Source of the DNA: Verrucomicrobiota bacterium
Lineage (GTDB): Bacteria > Verrucomicrobiota > Verrucomicrobiia > Limisphaerales > SXQI01
Assembly (NCBI GenBank): GCA_033762115.1
Contig: JANRLX010000028.1
Coordinates: forward strand, 1 to 29,492
DNA length: 29,492 nt
Direction of reading: 5' to 3'
Shown: positions 1-9,745 of the stretch, one piece after another
Layout: every line of letters starts with the position of its first letter
Position numbering within the stretch: position 1 is the stretch's first letter
Program-made: the position numbers and the translations under genes
Notes under the pieces: generated by a model
What the model saw: only the letters and a program-made list of their open reading frames with translations
Told to the model about the DNA's origin: nothing
Database searches by the model: none

Positions 1-1
1 G

Positions 2-955
2 CCTCACAGTGAGGCGGCTTCGAAATCCACTTCCTCCTCACGCGCCATTTCAAATGAATCGGTCGACCTTCGCAAATGGGCGACTGAAAAGGGATTCACG
101 GTGGATTGGCATAAACCAAGCGGAAAAATCACCTTGAAAGCACGCTGGTCCAAAGTCGAAATGGTTTACGGTTCACGCCGGATTGAAATTGATGGCGTGG
201 GAGTCTGGCTTTCATTTCCGATTGGCCGTTTCAAAAATTCGATCGGAATTTCAGAAAAGGACATTGCCACTGTCCTGGAACCGATTCTTTTTCCAAAACG
301 GGGCTCCACACCCATTCGACTGGTGGCCCTGGATCCTGGACATGGGGGAAAGGATCCCGGCTTTCAACGGGGACCACACCAGGAAAAGGAATACACCTTG
401 AAACTGGCGAGGGAAGTCCAGGAACTGTTGTCTGAAGCCGGTTTGCAATCGTTCCTGACGCGGCGATCAGACACATTCATTGACCTGGACGAGAGACCGG
501 CCATCGCGAAAAAGCAGGGAGCTGATCTGATGGTCAGCCTGCATTTTAATTGCGCGCCGGACCTTGCCAGTGTGCAGGGAGTGGAAACTTTTTGCGCCAC
601 ACCGCATGGGACCAGTTCCACCAGCGGCGGGGAACCGGTGCTGCTCCCGAACCCCGGCAACAAGCATGATCCAGAGAATGTGCTGCTGGCTTATCATGTG
701 CAGAAAGCGATTATCACACAGCTGGGGATGAATGACCGCGGGGTGCGACGGGCCGGGTTTATTGTGCTGAAACGTTCCTCGCTCCCGACAATTCTGGTGG
801 AAGGCGGGTTCATGTCCCATCGCGAAGATTCGGCAATCATTTTCAGCGACGCCCGCCGAAAAAAAATGGCGCAGGCGATTGTCGATGGAATTCTTGCCTA
901 CAAACGGCTGAAGGAACGGGTCCCCGCCACAACGCAAAAAAGCAAGGTCAAGTGA
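2..955 (+). CDS. N-acetylmuramoyl-L-alanine amidase (Amidase_3), 5'-truncated by the window edge
   Basis: Zn/catalytic motifs LDPGHGG, EKEYTL, VSLHFN and LVEGGF are all present. The frame is open from base 2 (PHSEAAS...VDLRKWATEKGFTVDW), so the true start probably lies upstream of the window rather than at GTG 101. Confidence 0.93.
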   Translation, partial: PHSEAASKSTSSSRAISNESVDLRKWATEKGFTVDWHKPSGKITLKARWSKVEMVYGSRRIEIDGVGVWLSFPIGRFKNSIGISEKDIATVLEPILFPKRGSTPIRLVALDPGHGGKDPGFQRGPHQEKEYTLKLAREVQELLSEAGLQSFLTRRSDTFIDLDERPAIAKKQGADLMVSLHFNCAPDLASVQGVETFCATPHGTSSTSGGEPVLLPNPGNKHDPENVLLAYHVQKAIITQLGMNDRGVRRAGFIVLKRSSLPTILVEGGFMSHREDSAIIFSDARRKKMAQAIVDGILAYKRLKERVPATTQKSKVK

Positions 956-1316
956 CCATGAGCGGAGCAGCGGATTTTTCTCGAAGCAGCTTCATCAATT
1001 GAGTCGGGGAATACGGTTTTGCCAGTACGGTGATCGCCTCATGAAACGAATGTTCGTGGGTGAGTTCGTGGGACCCGCTTGCGACGATGATCTGGATTTC
1101 TTTTTCGAGGCGGAATTGCTCCGCAAGGTCAAGACCTGTGACCTCCTCTCCCAGGTGCAGATCCGTCAGGACAAGATCAATTTTTTCGTGGTGAACCGCC
1201 CAGATGGATCTTGCCTGATTGATGTTTGCAGCATGAGTAACTTCAAAACCGTTCATGTTGATCAATTCCACCATCACTTCCGCCACCACCAATTCATCCT
1301 CAATGAATAGAATCAT
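948..1316 (-). CDS. Single-domain (CheY-like) response regulator
   Basis: ILFIEDE, phosphoacceptor LVLTD, ASG and KP motifs. ATG at 1316 has a GGAGG SD 8 nt upstream (1325-1329). It overlaps the convergent amidase by 8 nt. Confidence 0.9.
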   Translation of the reverse strand: MILFIEDELVVAEVMVELINMNGFEVTHAANINQARSIWAVHHEKIDLVLTDLHLGEEVTGLDLAEQFRLEKEIQIIVASGSHELTHEHSFHEAITVLAKPYSPTQLMKLLREKSAAPLMVT

Positions 1317-1349
1317 CCTGCAATCCTCCAATTAACTTTTTGGTAGCAA

Positions 1350-1365
1350 TGCAAAGCCTGTGCCA
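1350..1365 (-). promoter_or_regulatory. Sigma-54 (RpoN) -24/-12 promoter
   Basis: The minus strand reads TGGCAC-AGGCT-TTGCA, matching TGGCAC-N5-TTGCW with correct spacing. It is intergenic, and the predicted TSS (~1339) lies just before the SD of the response regulator. Confidence 0.8.
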
Positions 1366-1442
1366 CCCGGAAGGAGCTTTAGGAGTTTCCCTGATCCGAA
1401 GAAAGTGACAATTTGAAGGAATCTAAATTATGCTGCATCTGA

Positions 1443-3101
1443 TTATAAGGCAGTAGCTTGCGAATGAACCTTTTCCCTCCTGAACAGGCGTTGAAGGAAG
1501 GTTTTAGACTTCTGCGGTTGATAACGATCCGTCGCAGCAATGCGAAATTCCTGCAAGGTCCTCCTTCGAGCTCGAGTTGCGAACCAAACCCCATTGACGA
1601 TGGTGAAAAAGACCCAGGCCACTGCTATCATGGTTGGATCTTCCAGGTATTTCAGTAACCTGAAATACATAAGAAAGGTAACCAGCCCGATCAGTAAAAC
1701 CAACGGAAGGACCACGATGCGGACAAAAGCAGCCGCAGGCGCATGCGAGGGGTGGGGCGTGCGCAAACCCATCCAGACACTGACCCAGGGAAGGGTGAGA
1801 CAATCGACAATGACACAGAGGAGATTAGCCAGGTACCATTCCAACAATTCCTGATCACCCCACCCTCTCCCCCTGTCGTTGATCCATGCCACCCATCCAA
1901 GGCAGAGTTGAGCGACAATAAAAGGAATCAAGTAGCGGCGGCGAATGGCCATAAACTGCCCCGCGATGATCTCCTTGACCGAAATTTCCGTGGCCAGGAT
2001 CAGCTCCAATGCCCCGCTATGCCGGTCTTCGGCGATCTGCCGGCAGGCATGAGTGGCCACAAGACAGCGAAACAGGATGCTGACCGCGATAATCAGACAC
2101 GCGATGATCCCTTCATTACGCGAATTTTCTTCGTCCCAAAAAAAATAGCCGGTCAGAAACCAGATAAGAAGAGTCATGGAAGTGCCCAGCGGCCAGACTG
2201 CTTTCCGTTCCGAAAGCCAATAAAATGGATTTGCCTGAAGCAGCCTGATCCTGAACGCGTGGCGAGCTTTGGCTGAACCGATGGAAAGCTTCTCGATGAT
2301 TCGTTTCCACAAAGGTTCACGCGAGACAGAAACGTCCTGCCAGGTATGGGGCAGGCGACGGGATGCCCAGAACAGGAAAAGGAACGCGAAAAATAAATTG
2401 ATGGCGACCGCGTTCCAGAAATATTGCTGGGTGAAACCAATGCCACTCATCAACGCTATTCGCTGCATGTGAATCGGACTCAAAAAATTAAGATAAAAAG
2501 CCCAGTGGTGGTAACCGCCCCAATCCTGAAGAAGAAAAGTGATGGTGGGAATTCCAACGGCAAGAAAGAGCAAAATCCAACCGGCCGCGGACGCCGCGCG
2601 TGTGGCTTTAAAAAAGAAGGTGGAGATCAATACGCCGAGGGAGACCGAGTAAAACAGTGCACATAAAAGGGACAGCGCAACTTTCCAGAGCATTTGCCCA
2701 GTGACGCCTCCAAGCAGCAATAAAATCCCCAGCGCCGGGAAAATACCAAGCAGCGCGTAAAAAGTGGTAAGCGAGTTCGCGAGCAGCTTTCCCAAAACAA
2801 CATCATAACCCTTCAGGTCCGTAAGAAACAGGAATCCGAGCGTCCCATCCCGTTTCTCTTCGCTGATACAATCAGCAGTCCGGGAGGCGCCGCTGAAAAG
2901 GACTTGAAGAAAGGCGATACAACTGAGGCCCATGAAAAGATGGTCGTTGCCAAGGCCAATGGTACCGTGGCGCTGGATGATCCAGAGGCACCAGCCAATG
3001 ATGAGAAGCATCAGGAGAGCGGGCCAGACCCTTGACCAATAGGTTGTGGATTTGCGACAGGATTTGCGCAACTCACACTCGATCACAGGCCAGGTGGTCA
3101 T
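1443..3101 (-). CDS. ABC-2-type transporter permease with two internally repeated permease units
   Basis: Starts WPVIECELRK..R, about 12 hydrophobic segments, and two copies of the ABC-2 loop motif: ISEEKRDGTLGFLFLTDL and IAEDRHSGALELILATEI. Confidence 0.8.
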   Translation of the reverse strand: MTTWPVIECELRKSCRKSTTYWSRVWPALLMLLIIGWCLWIIQRHGTIGLGNDHLFMGLSCIAFLQVLFSGASRTADCISEEKRDGTLGFLFLTDLKGYDVVLGKLLANSLTTFYALLGIFPALGILLLLGGVTGQMLWKVALSLLCALFYSVSLGVLISTFFFKATRAASAAGWILLFLAVGIPTITFLLQDWGGYHHWAFYLNFLSPIHMQRIALMSGIGFTQQYFWNAVAINLFFAFLFLFWASRRLPHTWQDVSVSREPLWKRIIEKLSIGSAKARHAFRIRLLQANPFYWLSERKAVWPLGTSMTLLIWFLTGYFFWDEENSRNEGIIACLIIAVSILFRCLVATHACRQIAEDRHSGALELILATEISVKEIIAGQFMAIRRRYLIPFIVAQLCLGWVAWINDRGRGWGDQELLEWYLANLLCVIVDCLTLPWVSVWMGLRTPHPSHAPAAAFVRIVVLPLVLLIGLVTFLMYFRLLKYLEDPTMIAVAWVFFTIVNGVWFATRARRRTLQEFRIAATDRYQPQKSKTFLQRLFRREKVHSQATAL

Positions 3102-3132
3102 TGCGATTTGACCATGCTATTCAACGAATGTT

Positions 3133-6100
3133 TCAGGTTGCATAGGCATCCAGCAGTTTCCAGACGCGCAGCGCTTCCGTCATTCCCCAAGCCTGTGCAT
3201 CGCAACCACGTTGCTGGTGGGGAGCATTGCCATCCATGATTTCCGGCATGTGGCCTAGGCACCCTTGCATCAGGATGCGGTCCATGCTGCCCAAATAGGA
3301 GCGGGCGGCGGCAACGGCCTCCGGAGAAAAGTCCCAGGCCTGCGCGAGAGCCTCGCAAAAACCGGGAAAAGTCCAGGTCCACGCCGTGCCATTATGATAG
3401 GCGGGTTTTCGGCGTGTATCTTCGTCCCCCTGATATTCACCCCAATAAGGATGGTTGGGATCATTGAGGAGGCCACCCCAGTTGCCATGGATGGGGAGGG
3501 CAAGTTTGACCGGTAACGGCGCCAGGGAGCGAAGCCCGCCGGGAACGATCAAGTGTTTGGCCGCAGCGGCAACAGTGGCCCGCGCCTGGGCACCAGGAAA
3601 AAATCCAAGCGTCACGGCAATCAACGCATTGCTGCGCAATGCATCATCCACCTGGGCATTTCGCGCCGAGACACCTGGCGCTGCCCGCAGGCAATCAGCC
3701 GGATACTGTTCCTGCCGAAGCCAAAAAAGTTCATGGAGCGATTTTTCAGCCTGTTCCGCCAGCTGCTTCCAATGTTCTTCATGCCCGGTATCACGCAGGG
3801 CCACCTGTCGCAACAAGCGAATCCAGAGCGCCTGGATTTCGATGGGATATCCTTCGCGCGGCGTCCCGGCGGGATAATTTGTATCCATCCATGTGAAATG
3901 CTTTGGACTCCAGATCAAACCCGAATGCGGGTCCATGCGAATTCCATTGGGAGTTCCTTTGGAAATCCCAGTCGCAAGGTCAAGCAACACTTGTGCGACG
4001 GTTCGGCCTGAAGAATCGACCCTCGTCTCGTAAACTTCAGGACCGATGACCTGGACCAGTTCTTCGGTGACGATTCCGTACCACAAAGGCGCATCTGAAG
4101 TATCCCGATTGGAAGCGTCCTCACCATGAATGGTGTTGGGCATGGTGCCCTCTTTTTCGAAACGACCAAAGGTGACGAGCAATTGCCTGACTTCTTCAGT
4201 CATCCCGGCAGAAATCAAACCACGTGCACAAATCAGCGAATCGCGCCCCCAATCGAGGAACCAGGGATATCCTGCAATAACCGTTTTAAAAGAGTGTCGC
4301 TTGACAACATAAGATTGCGCAGCAAGCGCCAGTTGCTTTCCAAACAAATCGTCCGGGCGCATTGCGGATGCTTTAATAAAAGCGTTTTGCAGGGCAGTCC
4401 GCAGGTCGGCAAAATTCAGGAGCGTTTGAAGCTCGGGCAAGGTTTTCTCAGAAGTAATCACAAGGAGATTACCAGCTTCGCTGTTAAGCGGCAGGTCGAA
4501 CCAGCCAGGACTATAGGCATCTCCTGAACCGGTCTGCCCACGTGTCCTTTCAACTTCATGAGGAAGATTTAAACTCCATTCACCTCCAGGATAGTAATCG
4601 CCGCTGGCTGCGTATACCCGCAGTTGACGATCTGGAGCAGGGGTAAACGCGAAACCCGGAGTGTCAACGAGCACATTGATGTTGCTGGTGAAATGCGCTT
4701 CGGACCCCTGGTTTCTCATCGTTTCTGCATGAAAACTGCGGTCCTCGATGTCCACCCGGGCGATGATCCGGACAGGCGGAAAATCGCCGCCATTCCAGCT
4801 TGAAGACTGGGTGCGGAATTGCAGGATGGTGCTGTTTTCTCCCTCGATCATATCCGCAACCAGCTCAATCACGACGGCCCGGCCATTCCCGGCGGGAACC
4901 TGGAATTGCCAGCGGGCAGGCGGCCCTGCCTGGAATGAGAGGAGATTACGGGCCGTCAGTGCGGTGAAGAATTGATTCGCATTGGCCCAGACCCTGACTC
5001 GTTTGGCAAAAACATGCCGGTCAACCGGAACCTCGGGATGCAGGTTGGCGCCGAGAAGACAATCGTATTTGGATTTGATCCGGCCCAGGTCCACACAAAG
5101 ACGGGCCATCCCGCCACGGCCGTTGGTCAGCAGCGTAATAGGTGAGTCGAGGCCCTCGAATTCCGTAGGGGCAAATCCACGCGCTGGAAAATATTCAGGC
5201 ACAACCTTGAGCGGGCGGAGGGTGGCGAAAATATACTTTTGATTCGCATGGTAACGTTCCAGGCGAAGCGTGGAATCTTCCTGCTGCTGGACACTGTGCG
5301 GCAGTGGCTCCGGGCGGGGAGCAAACAAGGCAAACCAGTGCATGCCGATTTTGATGCTTTCGCGATGCTCATCCATCTCCCCTTTATGCCGAAGGGTCGC
5401 TCGAAAAGGGACCTTGTCCTGCACCAGCAACCAATGGCGTGGCGGCAACATGGTGATCCTTGACACATCTGATTCCTGCCAGTGGGTAACTTCTGAATAC
5501 GCTTCCTTAACAAGGGTTGCTTTGAGGGTTGCGAGCAGGTCGATGCGGGCGGAGGCCGGATCGAGACGGTTCAATGCTCCGACGAATCGCACCGGATCGC
5601 GGCTGACCAGTTCGGCCAGTTCCATCCAGTGCGCCGGGCCGATTTGTTCAGGAGAAAGCACCTGGCTGATCGCATCAATGGCCCAATGCGCAATGGCCCG
5701 GTCATTTAAATATTTTTCACCAGCAACCCCGCGCGGCTTGTCGGATGCGCTCAGGCAGACTGCGGCACCGGGGTTCAAAGTGATTTCAAGGTCACCGTTT
5801 GTCAGGAATTGCCAGTCCACCCGCCGTCCTGAAATCAGGTCATAAACAGGCTGCTCCGCAGATTTGAACAGCGATGAGTTGACGCTGAAACTGTTTGATT
5901 GTTCCGCGCTGAGATTCACTGCGACGATCACCTGGTCCCTCAAATCAGCAGAGGTGCGTTGCAGAACATACACAGCCGAATCAGGAGGACTGATCCGGGT
6001 GAGCCGGGCTGAATCGAAAAAACAGGGATGTTCCCTGAGCAGGGTGTTCAGGCGGCCAAGCTCAGGAATAATATTTTGCGGGTTTCCCCAGGCGAGACCA

Positions 6101-7527
6101 CGGCTCGAATGAACATTGACCCGCTCCGGCGCAAGCCACTCAACACCACAGGTGAACCCAAACCCGCCCGATGGACTGGTCAACGCACACAGCTGGTTCC
6201 GAAGCAGGGACCAATTCCTCCCTTTTTTCGCCATGCGATCGTTATCATGTGTTTCGCTGTAATGGACAAGCAGGCCAACACGAGCGCTGTGATAATTCGC
6301 ATGGTCCATGTAACCGCTGACTTGGAGCGGTGAGTAATTCTGAAATAATTCCGAATAGGCCCATTGCATTCCACCGGCGCATAACAAGCTTTCGGTCGCT
6401 TCCCACGCGCCGCCCAGGCCTTCGAGCAGGAACAAGCAATCGGGGAATTCCTCCCTCACTCTCGCAATGATATACTGCCAAGCAGGTAACGGGACTTTAT
6501 ATCCCGCATCACACCGGAACCCATCCACACCGCGCCTGCACCAGACGAGGAAGGCTTCCGCCAGATAATCCCAGGAGAGAGGCACGCGATGATCCAGTTC
6601 CACCAGATCCTCCCAGATGGTCCCCCAGGCACCGGGACTGGCAAAATCGCCATTATGCTCGCGCAGAAACCAATGCGGAAACCGTTCCTGCAACGTTGAA
6701 CCCCACCCGGTATGGTTGATCACCATATCAAGAAAAACACGCCCTCCGTAGGCATGGACGGCATAGGTCAGTTCACAAAACTGCTCCACTCCGGTGGTGC
6801 GTTTATCAAACTCCACCAGCGCCGGATCTACCGCGGTGAGATCTTCGCAGGCATACGGACTGCCAAAGCGCCCAAATCGCGCGTAAGTGGTGGGAGTGGG
6901 ATTAACCGGGAGCAAATGAAGAATTTTGCAATTGAGCTTCTCGAAAATATGCGGCAGTTCCCGTTGCAAATCACGAAATGTTCCGGATGGCGGTATCGCC
7001 GCGTAACCTTGCCGGTCCAGGCGAACCAGTTCCGATTCCAGGGTTTCATTAACGGTTTCAACTGCCGTCTTGTTCGGGCCGAACATTCGGGTGAAAGCAC
7101 AGTAAATCGTATTGCCGGTCCGGTACCGGTTCGGATGAACGGTAATCCCCACGTTCTGCCCCGCTGGCCAATGTTGCCTCCCGGCACTGTCCAGGACGTA
7201 AGCCTTGGCTTCGAAATAACCCACCTGCGCCACCGTCAGCTCAATGAACCAGGCGCTGCCGTTCCAGGTGAGCGGCACATCCCTCCACGCAGTTCCTGGC
7301 AATACCAGTACAGGGGTGCGATCCTGCGGGCGCGGCACACCATGAGCAGCCATGGAATGCCAGTAGGAACTAATGATCTCTGCCCGAAGCAGCCCGGCCA
7401 TCCCGATGTTTGTCCGAAGAAATGCAGGAAAATCCGCTGAGGCGCCGTGAAGCTCGATTCGAATGCGATCTCCGGCAAAGCGAAGCACCTTCTCTCCCGG
7501 CGCAGGCGACATTGAAAGCGTCAGCAT
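3133..7527 (-). CDS. Glycogen debranching enzyme: GH13 alpha-amylase-type domain fused to GDE_N and amylo-alpha-1,6-glucosidase (GH133) domains
   Basis: GH13 regions DMVINHTG, DGFRCDAG, LLEGL and ETHDND. GDE_N start LLTNGRGG. GH133 motifs IAGYPWFLDWGRD, TWMD, TPREG..IEIQALW, YHNGTAW and QAWG. Start placed at ATG 7527 (the track extends to 7575). Confidence 0.9.
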   Translation of the reverse strand: MLTLSMSPAPGEKVLRFAGDRIRIELHGASADFPAFLRTNIGMAGLLRAEIISSYWHSMAAHGVPRPQDRTPVLVLPGTAWRDVPLTWNGSAWFIELTVAQVGYFEAKAYVLDSAGRQHWPAGQNVGITVHPNRYRTGNTIYCAFTRMFGPNKTAVETVNETLESELVRLDRQGYAAIPPSGTFRDLQRELPHIFEKLNCKILHLLPVNPTPTTYARFGRFGSPYACEDLTAVDPALVEFDKRTTGVEQFCELTYAVHAYGGRVFLDMVINHTGWGSTLQERFPHWFLREHNGDFASPGAWGTIWEDLVELDHRVPLSWDYLAEAFLVWCRRGVDGFRCDAGYKVPLPAWQYIIARVREEFPDCLFLLEGLGGAWEATESLLCAGGMQWAYSELFQNYSPLQVSGYMDHANYHSARVGLLVHYSETHDNDRMAKKGRNWSLLRNQLCALTSPSGGFGFTCGVEWLAPERVNVHSSRGLAWGNPQNIIPELGRLNTLLREHPCFFDSARLTRISPPDSAVYVLQRTSADLRDQVIVAVNLSAEQSNSFSVNSSLFKSAEQPVYDLISGRRVDWQFLTNGDLEITLNPGAAVCLSASDKPRGVAGEKYLNDRAIAHWAIDAISQVLSPEQIGPAHWMELAELVSRDPVRFVGALNRLDPASARIDLLATLKATLVKEAYSEVTHWQESDVSRITMLPPRHWLLVQDKVPFRATLRHKGEMDEHRESIKIGMHWFALFAPRPEPLPHSVQQQEDSTLRLERYHANQKYIFATLRPLKVVPEYFPARGFAPTEFEGLDSPITLLTNGRGGMARLCVDLGRIKSKYDCLLGANLHPEVPVDRHVFAKRVRVWANANQFFTALTARNLLSFQAGPPARWQFQVPAGNGRAVVIELVADMIEGENSTILQFRTQSSSWNGGDFPPVRIIARVDIEDRSFHAETMRNQGSEAHFTSNINVLVDTPGFAFTPAPDRQLRVYAASGDYYPGGEWSLNLPHEVERTRGQTGSGDAYSPGWFDLPLNSEAGNLLVITSEKTLPELQTLLNFADLRTALQNAFIKASAMRPDDLFGKQLALAAQSYVVKRHSFKTVIAGYPWFLDWGRDSLICARGLISAGMTEEVRQLLVTFGRFEKEGTMPNTIHGEDASNRDTSDAPLWYGIVTEELVQVIGPEVYETRVDSSGRTVAQVLLDLATGISKGTPNGIRMDPHSGLIWSPKHFTWMDTNYPAGTPREGYPIEIQALWIRLLRQVALRDTGHEEHWKQLAEQAEKSLHELFWLRQEQYPADCLRAAPGVSARNAQVDDALRSNALIAVTLGFFPGAQARATVAAAAKHLIVPGGLRSLAPLPVKLALPIHGNWGGLLNDPNHPYWGEYQGDEDTRRKPAYHNGTAWTWTFPGFCEALAQAWDFSPEAVAAARSYLGSMDRILMQGCLGHMPEIMDGNAPHQQRGCDAQAWGMTEALRVWKLLDAYAT

Positions 7528-7633
7528 AGCACCGTAAACCTCTGGATTATTGGAACTGTCCCGGAGCCCAACCAATCATCACACATCGCGCAAGGAATAT
7601 ACGAAGCGGAGGACAAACTCAACCTGTCACACA

Positions 7634-7662
7634 ATAAAAAAGGCCACGCGATCGGCGTGGCC
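7634..7662 (-). terminator. Rho-independent terminator downstream of the YceI gene
   Basis: Perfect 8-bp stem GGCCACGC/GCGTGGCC (7642-7649 and 7655-7662), 5-nt loop, followed on the minus strand by TTTTTTAT. Confidence 0.85.
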
Positions 7663-7687
7663 GGGAAATCCTCCGTTTCGGAGCAGA

Positions 7688-8347
7688 TCAGTTCGTGGTG
7701 GCAGTTGCTGGAGCCGCTTTCTGCGCAGTAACCCATTCGAAGCTGACCTTGACCTCATCACCCGTTTTAATGGCGCCAAGCGCAATCTTCGGAGCTGGAG
7801 GCTGGATGCCGAAATCAGTCATCTTGATGGCGCTGCTCCCCACCCATTTGATCTTGTTCGCCGCCATCGGTGTCATGGTCACCTCCATATTGTTGGTGCG
7901 GGTCACACCAGCGACCTTGAGAGTGCCAGTGGTGTCAAAAACGAATGGAGCGCCTGCTGTGCGGGCCCGGGGTTTCATTTCCAACAGGCGATATTCAATT
8001 TTCGGATGTTCTTCCTGCTTCATCGCGCCATGCATGACCGAATCCATCGTCGATTTGCCGCTTTTCAAGGATCGAACCGGAATCGAGACTTCAACTTTTG
8101 GCGTGAGTTTGAGGTCAGCGGGAGTTTCCTTGCTCGGATCAAGAGGAAAGGAAGAATCAACTTCCACATAACCGGCGATGATCGAACCCTCCACTGTCCA
8201 ATCATGGATGGTTGAGGTTCCCTCAATTTTCATTTTGCTGCCAGGAGTGGCAACATAGCGAAGACTTGTTTCCGCGATGACAACCGTGGCAAAGAGTGCC
8301 GCCACAGTGGCCAGGATCAGGCGTGGTGAACGAAAAATCGGTTTCAT
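7688..8347 (-). CDS. YceI-family periplasmic lipid/polyisoprenoid-binding protein
   Basis: Signal peptide; GTSTIHDW, IPVRSLKSG..MD, GTLKVAGVT and KMTDFGIQPP..GDEVKVSF match the YceI barrel pattern. Confidence 0.85.
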   Translation of the reverse strand: MKPIFRSPRLILATVAALFATVVIAETSLRYVATPGSKMKIEGTSTIHDWTVEGSIIAGYVEVDSSFPLDPSKETPADLKLTPKVEVSIPVRSLKSGKSTMDSVMHGAMKQEEHPKIEYRLLEMKPRARTAGAPFVFDTTGTLKVAGVTRTNNMEVTMTPMAANKIKWVGSSAIKMTDFGIQPPAPKIALGAIKTGDEVKVSFEWVTAQKAAPATATTN

Positions 8348-8371
8348 AATAATGACTACAACTGATTGGAC

Positions 8372-9745
8372 TCAGGAAAGGGTGAACCAATTCGGATCAA
8401 ATTCAATTCGCTTGCGTTGCAGGACTGCCTCATTCGCCTTCAATGCCATCAAATTCGCTTCATAGCCCTGCTCGACCGTGGCGTGCTGGACTTTGTTCTT
8501 GTTGATGTCCACAAGATACTCTGCCAGCGCAGCCGTGTCCGCACTGTCAAAGCTCGCCTCGAAATCCTCCACCGCGCTTTTGTGCATATAGGCATTGGTA
8601 ATGAATGCTTCCAACGCATAGAAAAGAGAGCTGGAATCATGCGTCAGGGCGCTGGTGAGCGGATTATCACCATGCGATGCCTGCTTGGTGGCATTTGCTG
8701 CGAGAACGATCCCGGTTTCCTTATGGAAGGTTTCCTTCCGCGCGTAAACCTCCCAGCCCAGCAACGGAGAATCCACTTCCTTGAACATCCATGATTTGCG
8801 GTCACGCATCATGATTGCCGCATCTGTTCCGTAGAACATGTCGTAAGAGCCATCAAATGAATTCCCCAGCATGGCGCTGTAGGAGGCCAGGACACCACCC
8901 GGAAATTCAAAAACCACCTGGATGGAATCAGGCACCTCACGGCCATCCTTCCAATGGACCACATCACCGAACCCGGTCACTGCCACAGGGCGTGAGCGAA
9001 GGAACCATGCTGCCTGGTCAATGGAATGAATCCCGATTTCCCCGACAAGACCCGGAGAAATTTGTTTATCCAATCGCCAGTTCAACATTTTTTCACGTTC
9101 CGAATCAGAGGAACTGCGCCGCCAGCTTTGCTTTTTATTATACTGGCTTTGAGCCCGAATGGTCCGGCCCATTGCCCCCGCTTCAACAAAGTTCTTGATG
9201 TTGATCACTTCCGGATCCGAGCGCATTTGCAACCCGGTTTGGAAATAAATTTTGGGATTCTTCCGGGAAAGAAGCGCGATCTCTCGCGCCTCTGCAACGG
9301 TATGCGCAAGGGGTGCTTCACAATAAATATGCTTCCCGGCGGCAATCGCCGCAGCGACAATTTCCTTATGGGTATGCGTGGGTGTCGCAATAATGACCGC
9401 TTCCACATCCGGATTTTTCAGCAGCTCCTGGTAACCGATGTAGGTTTTTGCGTTGGGAGCTTCCTGAGCGGCGCGCTTGGCAAAAACGGAGTACAAATCG
9501 GAAATCGCCACCACCGGCGCGTTGGGCATCCGGCCAAGAATCTGGACCACATCGCGTCCCCAGGGGCCGCAACCGATCACTCCGCATTTGACCGGAGGGC
9601 TGGAAGGCTTCTTGGCGGGAGCATCTGCTGCGGGAGCTTTTTCATCCGCTGCTTTGATGGCAATGCCACCCATCATCATCATGATTGAGCTGCCTTTGAG
9701 AAAGGCGCGGCGATTGACATCCGGAGCTTTATCGATTCGATTCAT
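8372..9745 (-). CDS. Tat-exported Gfo/Idh/MocA-family oxidoreductase
   Basis: Tat motif NRRAFLK, Rossmann GVIGCGPWG, IATPTHTH, GKHIYCEAP (EKP variant), QTGLQMRS and EIGIHSID. Confidence 0.9.
   Translation of the reverse strand: MNRIDKAPDVNRRAFLKGSSIMMMMGGIAIKAADEKAPAADAPAKKPSSPPVKCGVIGCGPWGRDVVQILGRMPNAPVVAISDLYSVFAKRAAQEAPNAKTYIGYQELLKNPDVEAVIIATPTHTHKEIVAAAIAAGKHIYCEAPLAHTVAEAREIALLSRKNPKIYFQTGLQMRSDPEVINIKNFVEAGAMGRTIRAQSQYNKKQSWRRSSSDSEREKMLNWRLDKQISPGLVGEIGIHSIDQAAWFLRSRPVAVTGFGDVVHWKDGREVPDSIQVVFEFPGGVLASYSAMLGNSFDGSYDMFYGTDAAIMMRDRKSWMFKEVDSPLLGWEVYARKETFHKETGIVLAANATKQASHGDNPLTSALTHDSSSLFYALEAFITNAYMHKSAVEDFEASFDSADTAALAEYLVDINKNKVQHATVEQGYEANLMALKANEAVLQRKRIEFDPNWFTLS

Noticed and set aside
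6712..7440. 242-aa plus-strand ORF (similarly 7550-8215, 9026-9688, 19562-20185, 22049-22759 and 24899-25588)
   Set aside because: Antisense shadows of well-supported genes, with no motifs of their own.
9671..9682. (CAT)4 giving MMMM in the Tat signal peptide
   Set aside because: Short and in-frame within a hydrophobic helix; no evidence of phase variation.
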